A stretch of 64,000 nucleotides of DNA from Eledone cirrhosa (taxonomy: Eukaryota), in assembly GCA_964016885.1 (NCBI GenBank), contig OZ024761.1, positions 3,968,001 to 4,032,000 on the forward strand. Direction: 5' to 3'. Below are positions 50,256-63,727 of the stretch, in pieces (the first letter of the stretch is position 1; each line of letters begins with the position of its first letter). The notes under the pieces are model-generated. The model saw only the letters and a list, made by a program, of their open reading frames with translations. It ran no database searches and was not told the DNA's origin. The position numbers were made by a program, and so were the translations under genes.

Positions 50256-50298
<43 letters not shown>

Positions 50299-50542
50299 AA
50301 ATAGGATGAATCTATTTGATACACCCTGCAAAAAAATAAAATGTTTTCATTATATATATATATATTATATATGTCTTTGCATGTAATTGTTTTCACCGCT
50401 CCAAATAATGACGTATTACCTTCGCTTTTTCCGTTTTTTTGCCAGGGAACGTTTCCACGAACCAAAATATCATCTTCCTGTCTCCCTCCGGTTGCAACGT
50501 TTTTTGAAATATTTACTTCTGCGTTCACAGATTGTCTTTTTT

Positions 50543-50593
50543 AGTTTCAGAAGATCCCGTTAAGTGTGAAAGCAGCGATTCTTTGCTTAAACT
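50543..50593 (+). ncRNA. Variant type I HHR (A at core position 4) near the end of a probable pLTR 50300-50614
   Basis: AGTTT-CAGAAGA-TCCC-GTTAA-GTGT-GAAA-GCA-GCGATTCTT-TGC-TT-AAACT, AATAAA at 50609. Confidence 0.55.
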
Positions 50594-50723
50594 TTAATCT
50601 GTTAATTTAATAAATATATATATATTATATATATATATATATGTGTATGTATATATATATATGTATGTATATATATATATGTATGTATATATATATATGT
50701 ATGTATATATATATCTATCTATA

Positions 50724-50786
<63 letters not shown>

Positions 50787-50831
50787 CTATATATATGTAT
50801 GTATATATATGTATCTATGTATATATATATA

Positions 50832-51278
50832 CTAGCAGTGCTACCCGGCGTTGCACGGGATAAGGTATTTTGGAACGTGGGCCGCCAACAGACCTAATCG
50901 TGGAAAAGCTGCATGCCTGGACATTATGTAAAGAAAATAAATCGAATACTCTGATGGCTGGATAATCTTTAAGATTTTCCTCGATGAAACAGGAAAAATG
51001 CAGGTTTTCACCTAATGCGAGCCCTAGGGGATCAAGAAAATGAATTTTTTTTATGTGCACAATATGCCTTGAAATTTCGGGAAAATCGACTAGACGTAAC
51101 ACCTCAAAAAAGCCCTAAAAAGCTGAAAAAATGAAGTTTATCACCTAATGCGAGCCCTAGACCATAAAAAAGTTGGATTTTTTAATCTTTGCTCATGGTA
51201 TGAAGAAGAGACTGACTAATACATAGTTACAATTTCAAGGAAATCAGTCTGACGAAACGCCTCAAAAAACCCCTAAAA
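50832..51278 (-). mobile_element. Helitron-like 3' terminal fragment
   Basis: Minus strand CCCGTGCAACGCCGGG hairpin, 8 nt, then CTAG|T; internal degenerate 135-160 bp repeats. Confidence 0.75.
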
Positions 51279-51495
51279 CCGCTTTTCCCTGCTTGCAAGG
51301 GTGGGACAGACATTGATTCTGGCTTGATTTCTACAGCTGGATGCCCTTCCTAACACCAACCTCATTGACAGTGAGTGCTAGGTGCTGTTTTGCCGTGGTA
51401 CCTCCATGACCACTTTGCAGTGGAATGATAGGGATCCCAGTCCCTATCATCTCATTTCTACAGCTGAGTAAACTGGAGCAATGTGAAATAAAGTG
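51279..51495 (-). mobile_element. Partial tRNA/V-like SINE with RTE tail
   Basis: Reverse complement of 3890-4091. Confidence 0.85.
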
Positions 51496-51709
51496 TGTAT
51501 GTATATATATATATGTATGTATATATATATATATGTATGTGGGTGATTTGGGACACACTGCAGGACAAAAACCCAAACCTGACAAAGGGCTGAAGAACTC
51601 ATAAGAGTCAATGGCCATCCAAAAGTGTGTAAATATGTATATACACATGTACATATGTGTGTATATGTATATGTGTGTATACATGGGTGCATGTGTATGT
51701 ATATGAACG

Positions 51710-51985
51710 GGGACATAGAAATAGTCGGGCTGGGCACCCGATCGCATGGTTAAACCACTGGGAGTGAAGGACCCCTAGCCTTTGTCAGGGCATTCTTCTA
51801 GGAGAAGGCAACTCAGGAAACTAGGATAACTCTGATATAAAACCTGTGGCTCAGTAGTTACCGATGATGTTGATCTTTTCTTCTTTTAGGGTTATAGCTA
51901 CTGTAGCTCAGAGAGTGGGATTGGCTCAGTGCACAGTCTTTCCTCACTTTAAAAATTATATTCACACACAGGCATTGCACGATAG
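51710..51985 (+). mobile_element. Possible RTE 5' UTR-like fragment
   Basis: Motif GGGCA..CTAGGAGAAGGCAACTC..ACTCTGATATAAAACC resembles RTE leaders (recalled, not searched). Confidence 0.3.
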
Positions 51986-52262
51986 AATTAATTAATAATC
52001 TAAACTATAATAAAGGAAGGTCTGTGGGATTGCGTACGGTTTATTTTTTTTATCCCGTTTGTAAAATTATTTGGATTACTTTGAATAAATAATGAATGAA
52101 TATTACATCTACTAAATTTCGTGGCTGTTTATTAAATATATTTTGTTTATTTAAAGATTCACTTCTTTAAAATTTCTGAAATGTCAACACTTCCAGTGGC
52201 GATTGCTTAAATAAACATACTAATTTTCCGTCACTAACTTTCTTCTAATGCAGTTTATATAT

Positions 52263-52333
52263 AATTGTTTCTACTTTTGGCACAAGGCCAGCAATTACCC
52301 AGTGCATTACTGGTACTTTTTTCATCGACCCCG
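52263..52333 (-). mobile_element. Deu/Nin-like SINE 3' fragment
   Basis: Reverse complement of 2040-2110. Confidence 0.8.
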
Positions 52334-52379
52334 ATTACGTTACTGATTACATAAGATAGTGTAACGCAGTCTTTGTTCA

Positions 52380-53470
52380 AGCACTAACAAGTTGGATTTA
52401 GAACGTAGCACAATGGAAAGCATCCAGCAGATAGCTAATTCCATACACCAGAGTATAACTGTAACTATCGACTTCCCTTCCAAACACCCTAACAATAGAC
52501 TACCTGTATTAGACATGGAACTCTGGATTAACACTATAGACGAGAGAGCCCAAATTCTCCACTCACACTATGCTAAACCCATGGCCTCCAAATACCTGAT
52601 ACTCAAAAACTCAGCAATGTCCAGTAGTGCTAAAATTTAATATTCTGATCGCAGACTTGGTACGAGTGATGAAGAACATGTCCCACATGTGCGACCCAAC
52701 AGAAATGGAAAGACACATCCAACACTTCATCAACCGCATGCAGTTCTCTGGCTACAACCAAAGAGACAGAATCAGAGTATACGAAGGAGCCACGGAGAAG
52801 TATAAGACCCTCATAGAACTGGACATGAAAGGAATTTGCCCATTATACAGGAGCAAATCATGGAATAGATTAGATAGGGCTAGACATAAGATAGGGAAAG
52901 CCACCTCATGGTACGACAACCAGAGATACCAGAGTGTCATGTTTGTGGACGCTACCCCTAAATTAGCTAACCAGTGTAGAAAGACCCTCAGAAAGACCCA
53001 CTTAAAGATTAAGGTGGTAGAAAAGCCAGGAACCACCATAAAATCCCTGATCAGCAAAACCTACCCTTTTAAGAAAACCCACTGTACTAATAGGAAATGT
53101 ATCATATGTAAGGTAAACCCTGGATAAACTGTAAAACTAGAAATGTAGTACAGAGGGTACTTGCAGAAACATGACAACAACATACATAGGCGAGACAGCT
53201 CGTAGCATAGGTGAAAGGATAGAGCAACAGTGGGGGGAACTAAAAGGATGAAAAAACAGTTCAGTACTATACGAACATGCCAGACCACAACACGATGGTA
53301 ACATAGACAACATAGAAATTAGAATAATATCTAAACATAGAAATGACCCAGCAGATAGGCAAATCAGAGAGGCCAGTGAAATAGAACTTAGAAGGCCAAG
53401 GCTAAACAGAAAGAATGAATGGAATAACAACAACACCAAACAAACAACCACTGACCTAAGAGAAGTATAA
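52380..53470 (+). pseudogene. PLE ORF remnant (RT C-terminal part plus GIY-YIG), Nematis-like, with frameshifts and stops
   Basis: DFPSKHP..LPVLD, YAKPM, FSGY, PLYR, Cys cluster, YIGETARSIGER, LNRKNEW. Confidence 0.88.
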
Positions 53471-53708
53471 ATAAATACATACACAAGCACAATAACAACA
53501 AACACATATAAACACACACTAGTAAAGATAGAATACATTAACCAATACACAGTCACCCAATCACGAACGCACATCAAACAAAACACTATACACACACGCA
53601 AACGCATGCGCCAAAGAAGACAAAATAAAATAAACAAATAAATAAATATATAAACAGACTAAATAAAGATGGCGTAGAAAATACAATGCAACGGGAGGAA
53701 ACAATAGC

Positions 53709-53750
53709 ACCACTGACGATGTTGCAGATGTGCAACGAAAGAACTTTGAT
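53709..53750 (+). ncRNA. Type I HHR with an extra nucleotide after A9, weak stem I
   Basis: ACCA-CTGACGA-t-GTTGCA-GATG-TGCAAC-GAAA-GAAC-TT-TGAT, at the same 3' UTR position as 38074. Confidence 0.7.
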
Positions 53751-53797
53751 AAACTATATATATGTGTTTGTGTCTATATTGTATCTGTATTATTTTT

Positions 53798-53981
53798 GTG
53801 GATTGGCAGTATTGGTAGAGGGTCGGACGCCATGCTTTCCAGCATAGTTACATCCCTTTACGATCTGAGTTCAAATCCCGCCGAGGTTGACTTTGCCTTT
53901 CATCCTTACGGGGTCGATAAAATAAAGTACCAGTAATGCACTGGTTAATTGCTGGCCTTGTGCCAAAAGTAGAAACAATTA
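53798..53981 (+). mobile_element. Deu/Nin-like tRNA SINE inserted in the PLE 3' UTR (PLE ends about 54192)
   Basis: Homologous to 1921-2110; TTATTTTT on both sides. Confidence 0.88.
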
Positions 53982-54223
53982 TTTTTTACTGTTGGTCAGT
54001 CAATGGCAACATTGAGGACCGAATAAATTAGATTACCGATATAAAAGACACAGAAGCGAAAAGCGAAAACCAACCAAACAGTGAGTGTGTTCTGTTATTA
54101 ATTCTGGCAATATTACACAAATATGACCCTCCCCAAGTATAACAATATTTGTTTCGACACACGATTTCATATCAAAAACCTCGAAAAACTAATACATATA
54201 TGTATATACATATATATATATAC

Positions 54224-54285
<62 letters not shown>

Positions 54286-54339
54286 GTATACATATATATA
54301 TATGTATACATATATATATATACATATATATATATATAC

Positions 54340-54411
<72 letters not shown>

Positions 54412-54475
54412 GTATAGATATATATATATGTATACATATATATATATACATATATATATATACATATATATATAC

Positions 54476-54538
<63 letters not shown>

Positions 54539-54683
54539 CATATATATATATACATATATATATACATATACATATATATATACATACATATATATATACA
54601 TACATATATAAATACATATATACATACATATATATATATACATATATATATACATATATATATATATACATATATATATATAC

Positions 54684-54736
<53 letters not shown>

Positions 54737-55285
54737 CATATATATATACATATACATATATACATATATACATATATACAATAAGGTATGTCCATAGAAT
54801 CATTAGATAAAATATATACACAATCTCCTCTCCCAATCAACATAATCTCCACACAAAAAAACAATTAAACCAGGCTATAAGATTAAAAGGCACCTATGAA
54901 GAAATAGTAGATAAATAAACGACAGCCATCTATTCACGATTACATATACACATATATATACATATATATATACATATATACATATATATATACATATATA
55001 TACATACACACATATATATACACATATATATACATATATATATACACATATATATACATATACACATATACATACATATATATATACACATATATATATA
55101 CACATATATATACATATATATATATATATACACACATATATATACATACACATATATAAATACACATATATATACACATATATATACATACACCTATATA
55201 TACATACACATATATATATACATATATATATATAAACATATAGAAACATATATATATATATATACATATATCTATATATATATGC

Positions 55286-55319
<34 letters not shown>

Positions 55320-55345
55320 ATAGACCCTCGGAATTCGACATTACG

Positions 55346-56677
55346 ATGGGTTCTAATGATTCGGCGGAGGTCACGGATTTGGTTGGGATCTATATAGCCC
55401 ATAGACTCCAGAGCGAATTTACGGACCTCCACGGCGGAATATACCGCGACGATACACTTCTATTAGTCAAGAATATGAACAAACAAAACCTAGAAAGGCG
55501 ACGTAAAAACATTAAGAAACTTTTCTTAGAACTAGGGCTTAATATTACCTTTGAACACAATCTTAAGGTGGTCAACTTCTTGGATGTTACCTTCAACCTT
55601 AATAACGGTAATATAGAGCCATTTCACAAACTTAATGAAAATCTTAAGTACGTTAATGTAAAATCGAACCATCCTCATTCCATTATTAAATCTATCCCTA
55701 AAAATATATCCATAAGGATCTCCCGACTGTCGTCTAATTTGCAGACCTTCAACGAGCATGCTGAATATTATAATGACGCACTTAGAAAAGCTGGTTACTG
55801 CGAGAAAATTGAATATCTAGACGATAACCACATAAGTACTATGAATAAAACACATCTAAGTCGAACTAGTATTGCACCACACACACACAACAATAGGCAT
55901 ACTAACAGGTGCAAACCAGCAAATAGAGTCAGACGTAGAGAGTACATATGGTATAACCCCGTGTACAATTCTTCTATTAGCACTAAGATTATCTCACAAT
56001 TCTATACACTAATCAATAAACACTTTACAACTTCACATAAATACTATAAAATCTTTAACTCGCGCACCTTTAGACTATCATACTCCACTGCACCTAACAT
56101 AGAACAACTAATTAGAAAACTAAACTCAGCAATACTGAATAAGTACACCCCTAATGACTCAGCGCACCAGCATAGCAACATACAACGCACTAACACGCAA
56201 CCACAACCCCACCAAACTATCCAGGATTCTACTGCAAAACATAAAAATAGTTGTAACTGCACCAAACCAGGTACGTGCCCACTGAATAACCAGTGCCTAG
56301 CACGCAATATTGTCTACCGGTGTACAATAAATTCCGGGACCAACAAATGGTATTACGTCGGATGTACCGCAACTTCTTTCAAGGCTCGCCTATACCAACA
56401 TCGATCTTCGATCAGGCACGAGAAAATGCGCTCCGTAACAACCCTCGCCGATAAAGCCTGGCAGCTTCGGAGGAACAATCAAGCGTTCTCACTTGATTGG
56501 CAAATTATTGCAGCTGCGCCTGCATATCAGCAAAATCATCGATTCTGCAAGTTATGCAATTTAGAGATATACTGCATTTTAACGTCGGTAAACAAACTTT
56601 TGAACAGCAAAATTGAACGTTCTCTATACTGTAACCATCGTTTGAAAACGACTTTTTCTTTTTTTAAATGCATATAA
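55346..56677 (+). CDS. 5'-truncated PLE ORF (RT plus C-terminal GIY-YIG), Hydra-clade-like; element about 55322-57365
   Basis: FDITMGS, GIYRDD, VNFLDV, SNHP, WYNP, CxCx5Cx5C, IVY..YVG, CKLC, CNH; 443 uninterrupted codons, N-terminus missing. Confidence 0.9.
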   Translation: MGSNDSAEVTDLVGIYIAHRLQSEFTDLHGGIYRDDTLLLVKNMNKQNLERRRKNIKKLFLELGLNITFEHNLKVVNFLDVTFNLNNGNIEPFHKLNENLKYVNVKSNHPHSIIKSIPKNISIRISRLSSNLQTFNEHAEYYNDALRKAGYCEKIEYLDDNHISTMNKTHLSRTSIAPHTHNNRHTNRCKPANRVRRREYIWYNPVYNSSISTKIISQFYTLINKHFTTSHKYYKIFNSRTFRLSYSTAPNIEQLIRKLNSAILNKYTPNDSAHQHSNIQRTNTQPQPHQTIQDSTAKHKNSCNCTKPGTCPLNNQCLARNIVYRCTINSGTNKWYYVGCTATSFKARLYQHRSSIRHEKMRSVTTLADKAWQLRRNNQAFSLDWQIIAAAPAYQQNHRFCKLCNLEIYCILTSVNKLLNSKIERSLYCNHRLKTTFSFFKCI

Positions 56678-57087
56678 TGTTACCTTTTTACACCAACGTT
56701 TGCAAATTTCTGTCTTATATGTTTATACACTAGATATGGCTTTCTATAATAATAGTACTAAACACTGTTTTTCTGGACCCCTTTAGAAATAACCTGCTAC
56801 TATAATAGCCCTAATAACTTGTCTGTGACATTGTACCACTTTGACCCCTCTAACTAAATTTTGTCCGAACAACACCACTAGAAGTATCTACTTCCCAGCC
56901 AACCTTAGCACGCCTCATTAAGCTGACTGCTGCCAAAACATTCTCTCTTCACAATCTCTACTAGTCTGACAGTCTTAAACCCTAAGACTCCCTCCACCTT
57001 ACTCACTTGCCTCTTCCCCTTCTCTTCCTACCTCCTTCTTTATCTTTTATCTAGTGTATAAAATATTTTCATATCATTCTAATACAA

Positions 57088-57204
57088 AGGTCTGATGACA
57101 TGGTGTGTTGGCTTACAGTGTACTTTCGGTTTTTGATAATATTTGTGTATTATTCAAATAGCGAGGTATAGGTAACTCATACACTATAGAAACAATTGTT
57201 ACCT
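57088..57204 (+). ncRNA. Type I HHR with about 90-nt stem II in the PLE 3' UTR
   Basis: AGGT-CTGATGA-cATGGTGTGT...ATACACTATa-GAAA-CAATTG-TT-ACCT-AATAAA. Confidence 0.82.
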
Positions 57205-57537
57205 AATAAATTCTATATACCCGCATTTCCATTTCGTAAATTTTTTCTCCATATTTTCTCCGGATTTTAAAACACACTTTATTATACGTTGAGCAATCTC
57301 TGACGTCAGTTGACTCCATCCAATACAACTACTTAGTAACATTGGAATACAAATTATCTAATTCTATATATATACATATATATACTTAAATATATAGGTT
57401 AATCATACTTAAAGGTATAAATTTAATTATTACCCAACCTAGCTATGCGTGGTTACACGCGTGTAGAAATTATCTCCTGTGATTATTTATGTATATTTAT
57501 ATGTTAATCAATTTCTAGTTATTATACTTAAATATAT

Positions 57538-57648
<111 letters not shown>

Positions 57649-57669
57649 TATATACATATATATATATAC

Positions 57670-57714
<45 letters not shown>

Positions 57715-58267
57715 TATGCATATATACATATATATATATATACATATATATGCATATATACATATATATATATATACATATATATACATAAATATATATA
57801 CATATATATATATATATACATATATATACATATATATACATAAATATATATACATATATATATATATATATACATATATATACATATATATATACATATA
57901 TATATATACATATATATATATACATATATATACATATATATACATACACATACATATATATATATACATATACATATATATATACATATATATATATACA
58001 TATACATATATATATATATATATATTATATATACATATATATATATTTATATACATATATACATATATATACATATATATATATACATATATATACATAT
58101 ATATATATACATATATACATATATATATGCATAAATATATATGTATATATATATACAGGGAAGAGCGAGGGCCTATGCCTCCATTAATTTATCGTGATAT
58201 GTATATACATATATATATATGTATGTATATATATATATGTGTATCTATATATATGTATATGTATATA

Positions 58268-58300
<33 letters not shown>

Positions 58301-58341
58301 ATATGTGTATATATATATGTGTATATATATATATGTATATA

Positions 58342-58392
<51 letters not shown>

Positions 58393-58400
58393 GTATATAT

Positions 58401-58614
58401 AGATTTTGCGTTTATGTTGGTTGTATACCAACACCTCAGTATGCAGGCTGGAGCACTCGACGAAGTGCGCAGGTTGGTTTGGTTACTCCGGAGTAGTGTA
58501 AAATAAAGTTAAATAAAAGTCAAATGGCAACCTTAGCGTCACTGAAGGACATCCCCCTATAGCAGTAATAAACAAAGCTAAATTTTAATCATTTGACTTT
58601 TATTTAACTTTATT

Positions 58615-58617
<3 letters not shown>
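58401..58617. repeat. Small foldback island with several hairpins
   Basis: Inverted repeat 58499-58526 / 58590-58617; TACTCCGGAGTA palindrome. Confidence 0.55.
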
Positions 58618-58692
<75 letters not shown>

Positions 58693-59077
58693 ATATATAT
58701 ATATGTGTATATATATATGTACATATATATATGTATATATATATGTATATTGTATATATATATATGTATATATATATGAAAAAAATGAAAACGAAATTTC
58801 ATTTCTCACTCTTAGTATGGCACTTACTTAAATGTAAGTATGTATGTATACGTACATACATATATGTATACAGACGTACAGTAGCATGCATATATATATA
58901 TATATATATATACACATATGCATACAGGTACACATACATATATGCACGCATCAGTTTAGCCGACGTTTATTATAACGCAGCTTTGTTCGCTTGTTTGTCA
59001 ACAAACAGAACAGCCTGAATTTATGCCATACGGTGTTAAGGCAACCACGTCACCTTTTTGTTCAACACCGACACAGG

Positions 59078-59122
59078 AACGATGTACTAGTTTCAAGCTT
59101 GTTAGCTATCATCAGCACCGTT
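59078..59122 (-). ncRNA. Type I HHR
   Basis: Reverse complement of 59582-59626. Confidence 0.88.
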
Positions 59123-59356
59123 TACCCATCTGCCAGATAGTTGAACGTTCGAAAGTATATACTTTCCTTATGAAAATTAACGGCTGAGCAGCCTAATTTG
59201 CATATTGAGTGAGTTAAATCGGTCAGGCATACCGAAAACGACAAGTTGAAAAAAATGAAAACGAAATTTCATTTCTCACTCTTAGTATGGCACTTACTTA
59301 AATGTAAGTATGTATGTATACGTACATACATACATGTATACAGACGTACAGTAGCA

Positions 59357-59421
<65 letters not shown>

Positions 59422-59581
59422 GCATACAGGTACACATACATATATGCACGCATCAGTTTAGCCGACGTTTATTATAACGCAGCTTTGTTCGCTTGTTTGT
59501 CAACAAACAGAACAGCCTGAATTTATGCCATACGGTGTTAAGTATATACTTTCGAACGTTCCACTATCTGGCAGATGGGTA

Positions 59582-59626
59582 AACGGTGCTGATGATAGCT
59601 AACAAGCTTGAAACTAGTACATCGTT
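59582..59626 (+). ncRNA. Type I HHR
   Basis: AACGGTG-CTGATGA-T-AGCT-AACA-AGCT-T-GAAA-CTAG-TA-CATCGTT. Confidence 0.88.
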
Positions 59627-59785
59627 CCTGTGTCAGTGTTGAACAAAAAGGTGACGTGGTTGCCTTAACACCGTATGGCATAAATTCAGGCTGTTCTGTT
59701 TGTTGACAAACAAGCGAACAAAGCTGCGTTATAATAAACGTCGGCTAAACTGATGCGTGCATATATGTATGTGTACCTGTATGCA

Positions 59786-59853
<68 letters not shown>

Positions 59854-60116
59854 TGCTACTGTACGTCTGTATACATATATGTATGTACGTATACATACAT
59901 ACTTACATATATATATATGTATATATATATATGTATATACATATACATATATACATATATATATACATATATGTATATACATATACATATATACATATAT
60001 ATATACATATATATATACATATATACATATATATATACATACATATATACATATATATATACATATAGATATATATATACATATATATATACATATATAT
60101 ATACATATATATATAC

Positions 60117-60149
<33 letters not shown>

Positions 60150-60162
60150 CATATATATATAA

Positions 60163-60338
60163 GTATTGAAATTTCCGTTGAAAATTGAAAAAGTCATAGG
60201 AGTGAAGAGTGCTCTATGTAAGTTACAGAGCTAAATTTAATGCAGATGAACGAATGAGGACGTTTTTCGTATTCGTCTTATTCAGGAAACCTCTGGTAAT
60301 GAGGTGATTATATTGTATTGTCAATTATACATTAATTA
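60163..60338. mobile_element. Internally inverted copy of the 3030 family with HHR-like fold (60243-60310, +)
   Basis: First part colinear with 3030-3090; second part is the reverse complement of 3107-3199. Confidence 0.6.
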
Positions 60339-60339
60339 C

Positions 60340-60370
<31 letters not shown>

Positions 60371-60442
60371 AACATACACATATATATATACATATACATA
60401 TATATATACATATACATATATATATATATACATATATATACA

Positions 60443-60499
<57 letters not shown>

Positions 60500-60695
60500 A
60501 TGCATATACATATATACATATATAAATATACATATATATATATACATATATATACATATATATATACATATATATATATATACATGTATATATATATACA
60601 TATTTATATAACTTTGAATAACTTTGAAATGTTTTGGCCAGTATTGGCCCAGGCCATGTCTAACTTAATAGCACCACCTGGCGAAGTCTTTCAAT

Positions 60696-62532
60696 TCAGG
60701 ATTTGGGCACCATGGCCCATTCGAGAAGAGAATTACTGTTTGCGGAGACATATCCGGGTGTGGGCGGTTTGTCCGGGATTACTTGGAGGAATTTGTCCAA
60801 AGACTTCTTGAATTTTGTGTGGTCAGTTTCTGTTTTGACGTGTCCTGGTGTGATGTTGAAGAGAGCAGGGCCGATTGAGGTGAAATAATTGTGCCGCATT
60901 GTTGTCACGAGTTGCGATTTAGATTTTTGAATGGGACGGATAGCACGGGGCCCAAGCCTTGGGTGTATCTTGAAGGCGATGCCAACATCACTCGGGCAGT
61001 GATGATGGAACATTTTCCACATCATGCAGATAATATAACGCTCACGGCGACGTTGGAGTGAGTAAAGTTTCAGGTTTTCTAGTCGACCCCAGTAGTCAAG
61101 GTCTGACATGCCATCCATCTCTTTCGTGATTGCCCCTTGAGGAGCTTCAAGTTTCATGATACTTTGTTTCGTGTGGGGAGACCACAGTGGACAACAGTAT
61201 TCAAGGTGTGGTCGGGCAAAAGTAGAGAAGAGAAGGATAATGGTGTGGGAATCTCTCGACTGGAAGGTTCTGAGGATCCAGGAACACATTCTGCGGGCCA
61301 TGTCAACTTTGCTGCTTATATGCGTGGCCCAGCTTATGTTGCTGTCCACGGTTACTCCCAAGTCTCTGATGTTGTTAGATGCCACGAGAGTTTCCCCGGA
61401 GGGAAGGGAGTACGGGAGTTTCAGAGCATCCTCTTTTCCAAAGTGGATCAGTTCGAATTTGTCTTCGTTCAGTAACATGTTGTTCTTTTCCGCCCATTGG
61501 GTAACAGCCAGTAGGTCTGACTGAAGGCTTATCCGGTCATCCACGCCATTGATGACCTTTTGGAGCTTGGAATCATCAGCGAAAATTTTAATGTTGCTGT
61601 GTTTGATGATGTCAGTGATGTCATTAATATAGATGATGAAGAGAAGTGGGCCCAACACAGTGCCTTGTGGGACCCCACTACTGACTTTGGCTGGGCTGGA
61701 TTTGACTCCTTCAACTACAACATGTTGGGTTCTATTTGACAGGAAGCTCTTGATCCACTGCAGCAGCTTTCCAGTGACACCAATATTGGACAGTTTTCTC
61801 AGTAGAATGTTATGATCAACCCTGTCAAAGGCCTTGCTGAAATTAAGGTAGATAACATCAGTGTTGGAACCCTCTCCCAAGGCTCTCAAAATGTCATCAA
61901 AGTGATGCAGTAGCTGCGTCAGGCAATCCCTTCCATTACGGAATCCATGCTGGTTGGAGTTCAGCATATTGTTACTCTCAAGGAAGTGGGTCATTCGCGA
62001 TCTCACCACTCTCTCAAATACCTTAATGATATGAGAGGTGAGTGAGATTGGACGGTAATTCACGGCAAGGGATTTGTTTCCCTTTTTGAAAACTGGGACA
62101 ACAGACTGGGATAGAAGGTTTTCTGGCACATATCCAGCATCCAGTGAGTTCCGCCACCGATTGGCAAGAGGAGAAGCAAGTTGGTGTTGACACGCCTTCA
62201 AGACACAAGCAGGGAACCTATCGGGACCTACTGCTGAATTATGCTTGATTTCCTTTATTGCCGCTAAGACATCAGGGGCGCCAAACGTTATGTCCGATAA
62301 GGTGTAATGGGGAGTAACATCGCCGATACAGCCCAGATCGGCCATATCAGGATTGCTGAAAACAGAGCAGTATTGTTTCTGCAGTATCTCACCCATGGTT
62401 TTAGCATTGTCTTTAAGAGTGCCATTTTCATCAATTAGAGGGCCAACAGTAGAGCCAGTGATTTTGTGTTTTTTTGCAAATGAAAAGAACACTTTGGGAT
62501 TGAGTTTGATCTTCTCAATGGCCCAGGCCTCT
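60696..62532 (-). pseudogene. LINE ORF2 reverse transcriptase part
   Basis: NYRPISLTS, QHGFR, LNFSKAFD, GVPQGTVLGPLLF, FADD, RPHLEYC, SLQRRRERY. Confidence 0.95.
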
Positions 62533-63727
62533 TCAGCTCTTCTGATTGTTGATGAGGGACATTATGTTGTTTTGGAGGTTATGTTTTTTAATCTCTAGTG
62601 ATGAAATGGCAGTCAAGTTGATGTGTTGCTGCTGACAGTATTTCAGCTTGTTGATTTTTTTGTTCGTTCTCTTAATTTTTCTGATGAGCGTTTTTCTATT
62701 GCTAGGGATTCTGCTCTTAGATTTGTTTATAGTTCTTAATGGGGTGTGTGTTGCACATATGTTTGTAACAGTGTCCACAAATGTCTGCCAGGACTTTTTG
62801 ATGTTAGTGGGTGTATGAGTGTGCGTGAAGGACCAGTCGACATGTGCAAGATCATGACTGATCGCTTCCCAGTTTGCATTGTGGAAATCCATAGCGTCAA
62901 ACGGATGGAAAGGAGAGATGACATTGGGTTTGTATATTGGATGGTGGAATCTCAGATCACAGAGAACCATGTCATGATCAGAGAGTAGAGTTTTCTCCAC
63001 TGCAATATTGTGGATATTGTCAGTGTGATTGCTGAAAATTAAGTCTAGGACGTTTTTGTGGCACCTCGTTGGTTCGAGCACCAGTTGGGATAGGAAGAAA
63101 TCATCCATGAAGTCAAGAAGCGATTCCACTGCTTCCCTGTCAGAGGTTGAGGCAGAAGAACCTGGTGGCAGGCTGTTTGTGGACCAGTCAACTCCGGGGA
63201 GGTTGAAGTCCCCCATCATTAAGATGTTGTCAGGGTGACACTCTTGGATGAAACACTTTATGCTGTTGAGGCATTCCTTGAAGCATGGTACAGGCGTTTG
63301 GGGTGGCCTATAGAGCCCAACTACTATTAGGTTGTTGGTTTGACTGAATACAGTGACTGCTTCACAGTATCCATTAGTGAATATGTTCATAGCCTCTGTT
63401 GAGAAAGAATTATGGACATAAATGGCAGTCCCGCCCTTTCTTCTGCCAGCGCGATCAGCACGGATGGCTTTGAAATTTTTCACTTTCACCTCGGCTTCCA
63501 AGTGGAGGTTACTGAGATGGGTTTCAGTGAGGACGAAGAAAGGGATGTGGTTTGGATGGACATCAATCCAGTCCTCCAGGAATTTGATCTTCCATTTTTG
63601 AGTATTGGTGGAAGGGCTGATGCCTTGGGCGTTAAGCAAAAATGTAGAGGCGAGAGTGGATGGTTTTAATTGTTTTGGTGTGTTGTTAATTTGTTTGTTT
63701 GTTAATGGCAGCAATGGGAGTTTGTGC
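62533..63727 (-). pseudogene. LINE ORF2 AP-endonuclease part, separated from the RT by a 1-nt frameshift
   Basis: LNAQG, LTETHL, RADR..KGGTA, LYRPP, MGDFNLP, PTR..LDLIF, SDH. Confidence 0.93.

Larger units (their letters stand above)
58778..59908. mobile_element. 470-bp HHR-containing tandem repeat (retrozyme-like): about 1.6 units on the - strand plus an inverted partial unit on the + strand
   Basis: Unit repeats at 58778 and 59248; inversion junction at about 59541. Confidence 0.88.
60610..63727 (-). mobile_element. CR1-type LINE, 5' truncated just upstream of ORF2
   Basis: APE plus RT domains; short 3' UTR ending in TTCAAAGTTA x2. Confidence 0.93.

Noticed and set aside
53245-53255. In-frame TGA in the PLE GIY-YIG as selenocysteine, with ATGACCCTCCC as a SECIS
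   Set aside because: Not at a Cys position, the copy has other lesions, and no SECIS helix forms
57439-57465. Second Helitron-like end (CTAG plus TGCGTG/CACGCG hairpin)
   Set aside because: Only 3-nt spacing, not followed by T on the - strand, and no second copy
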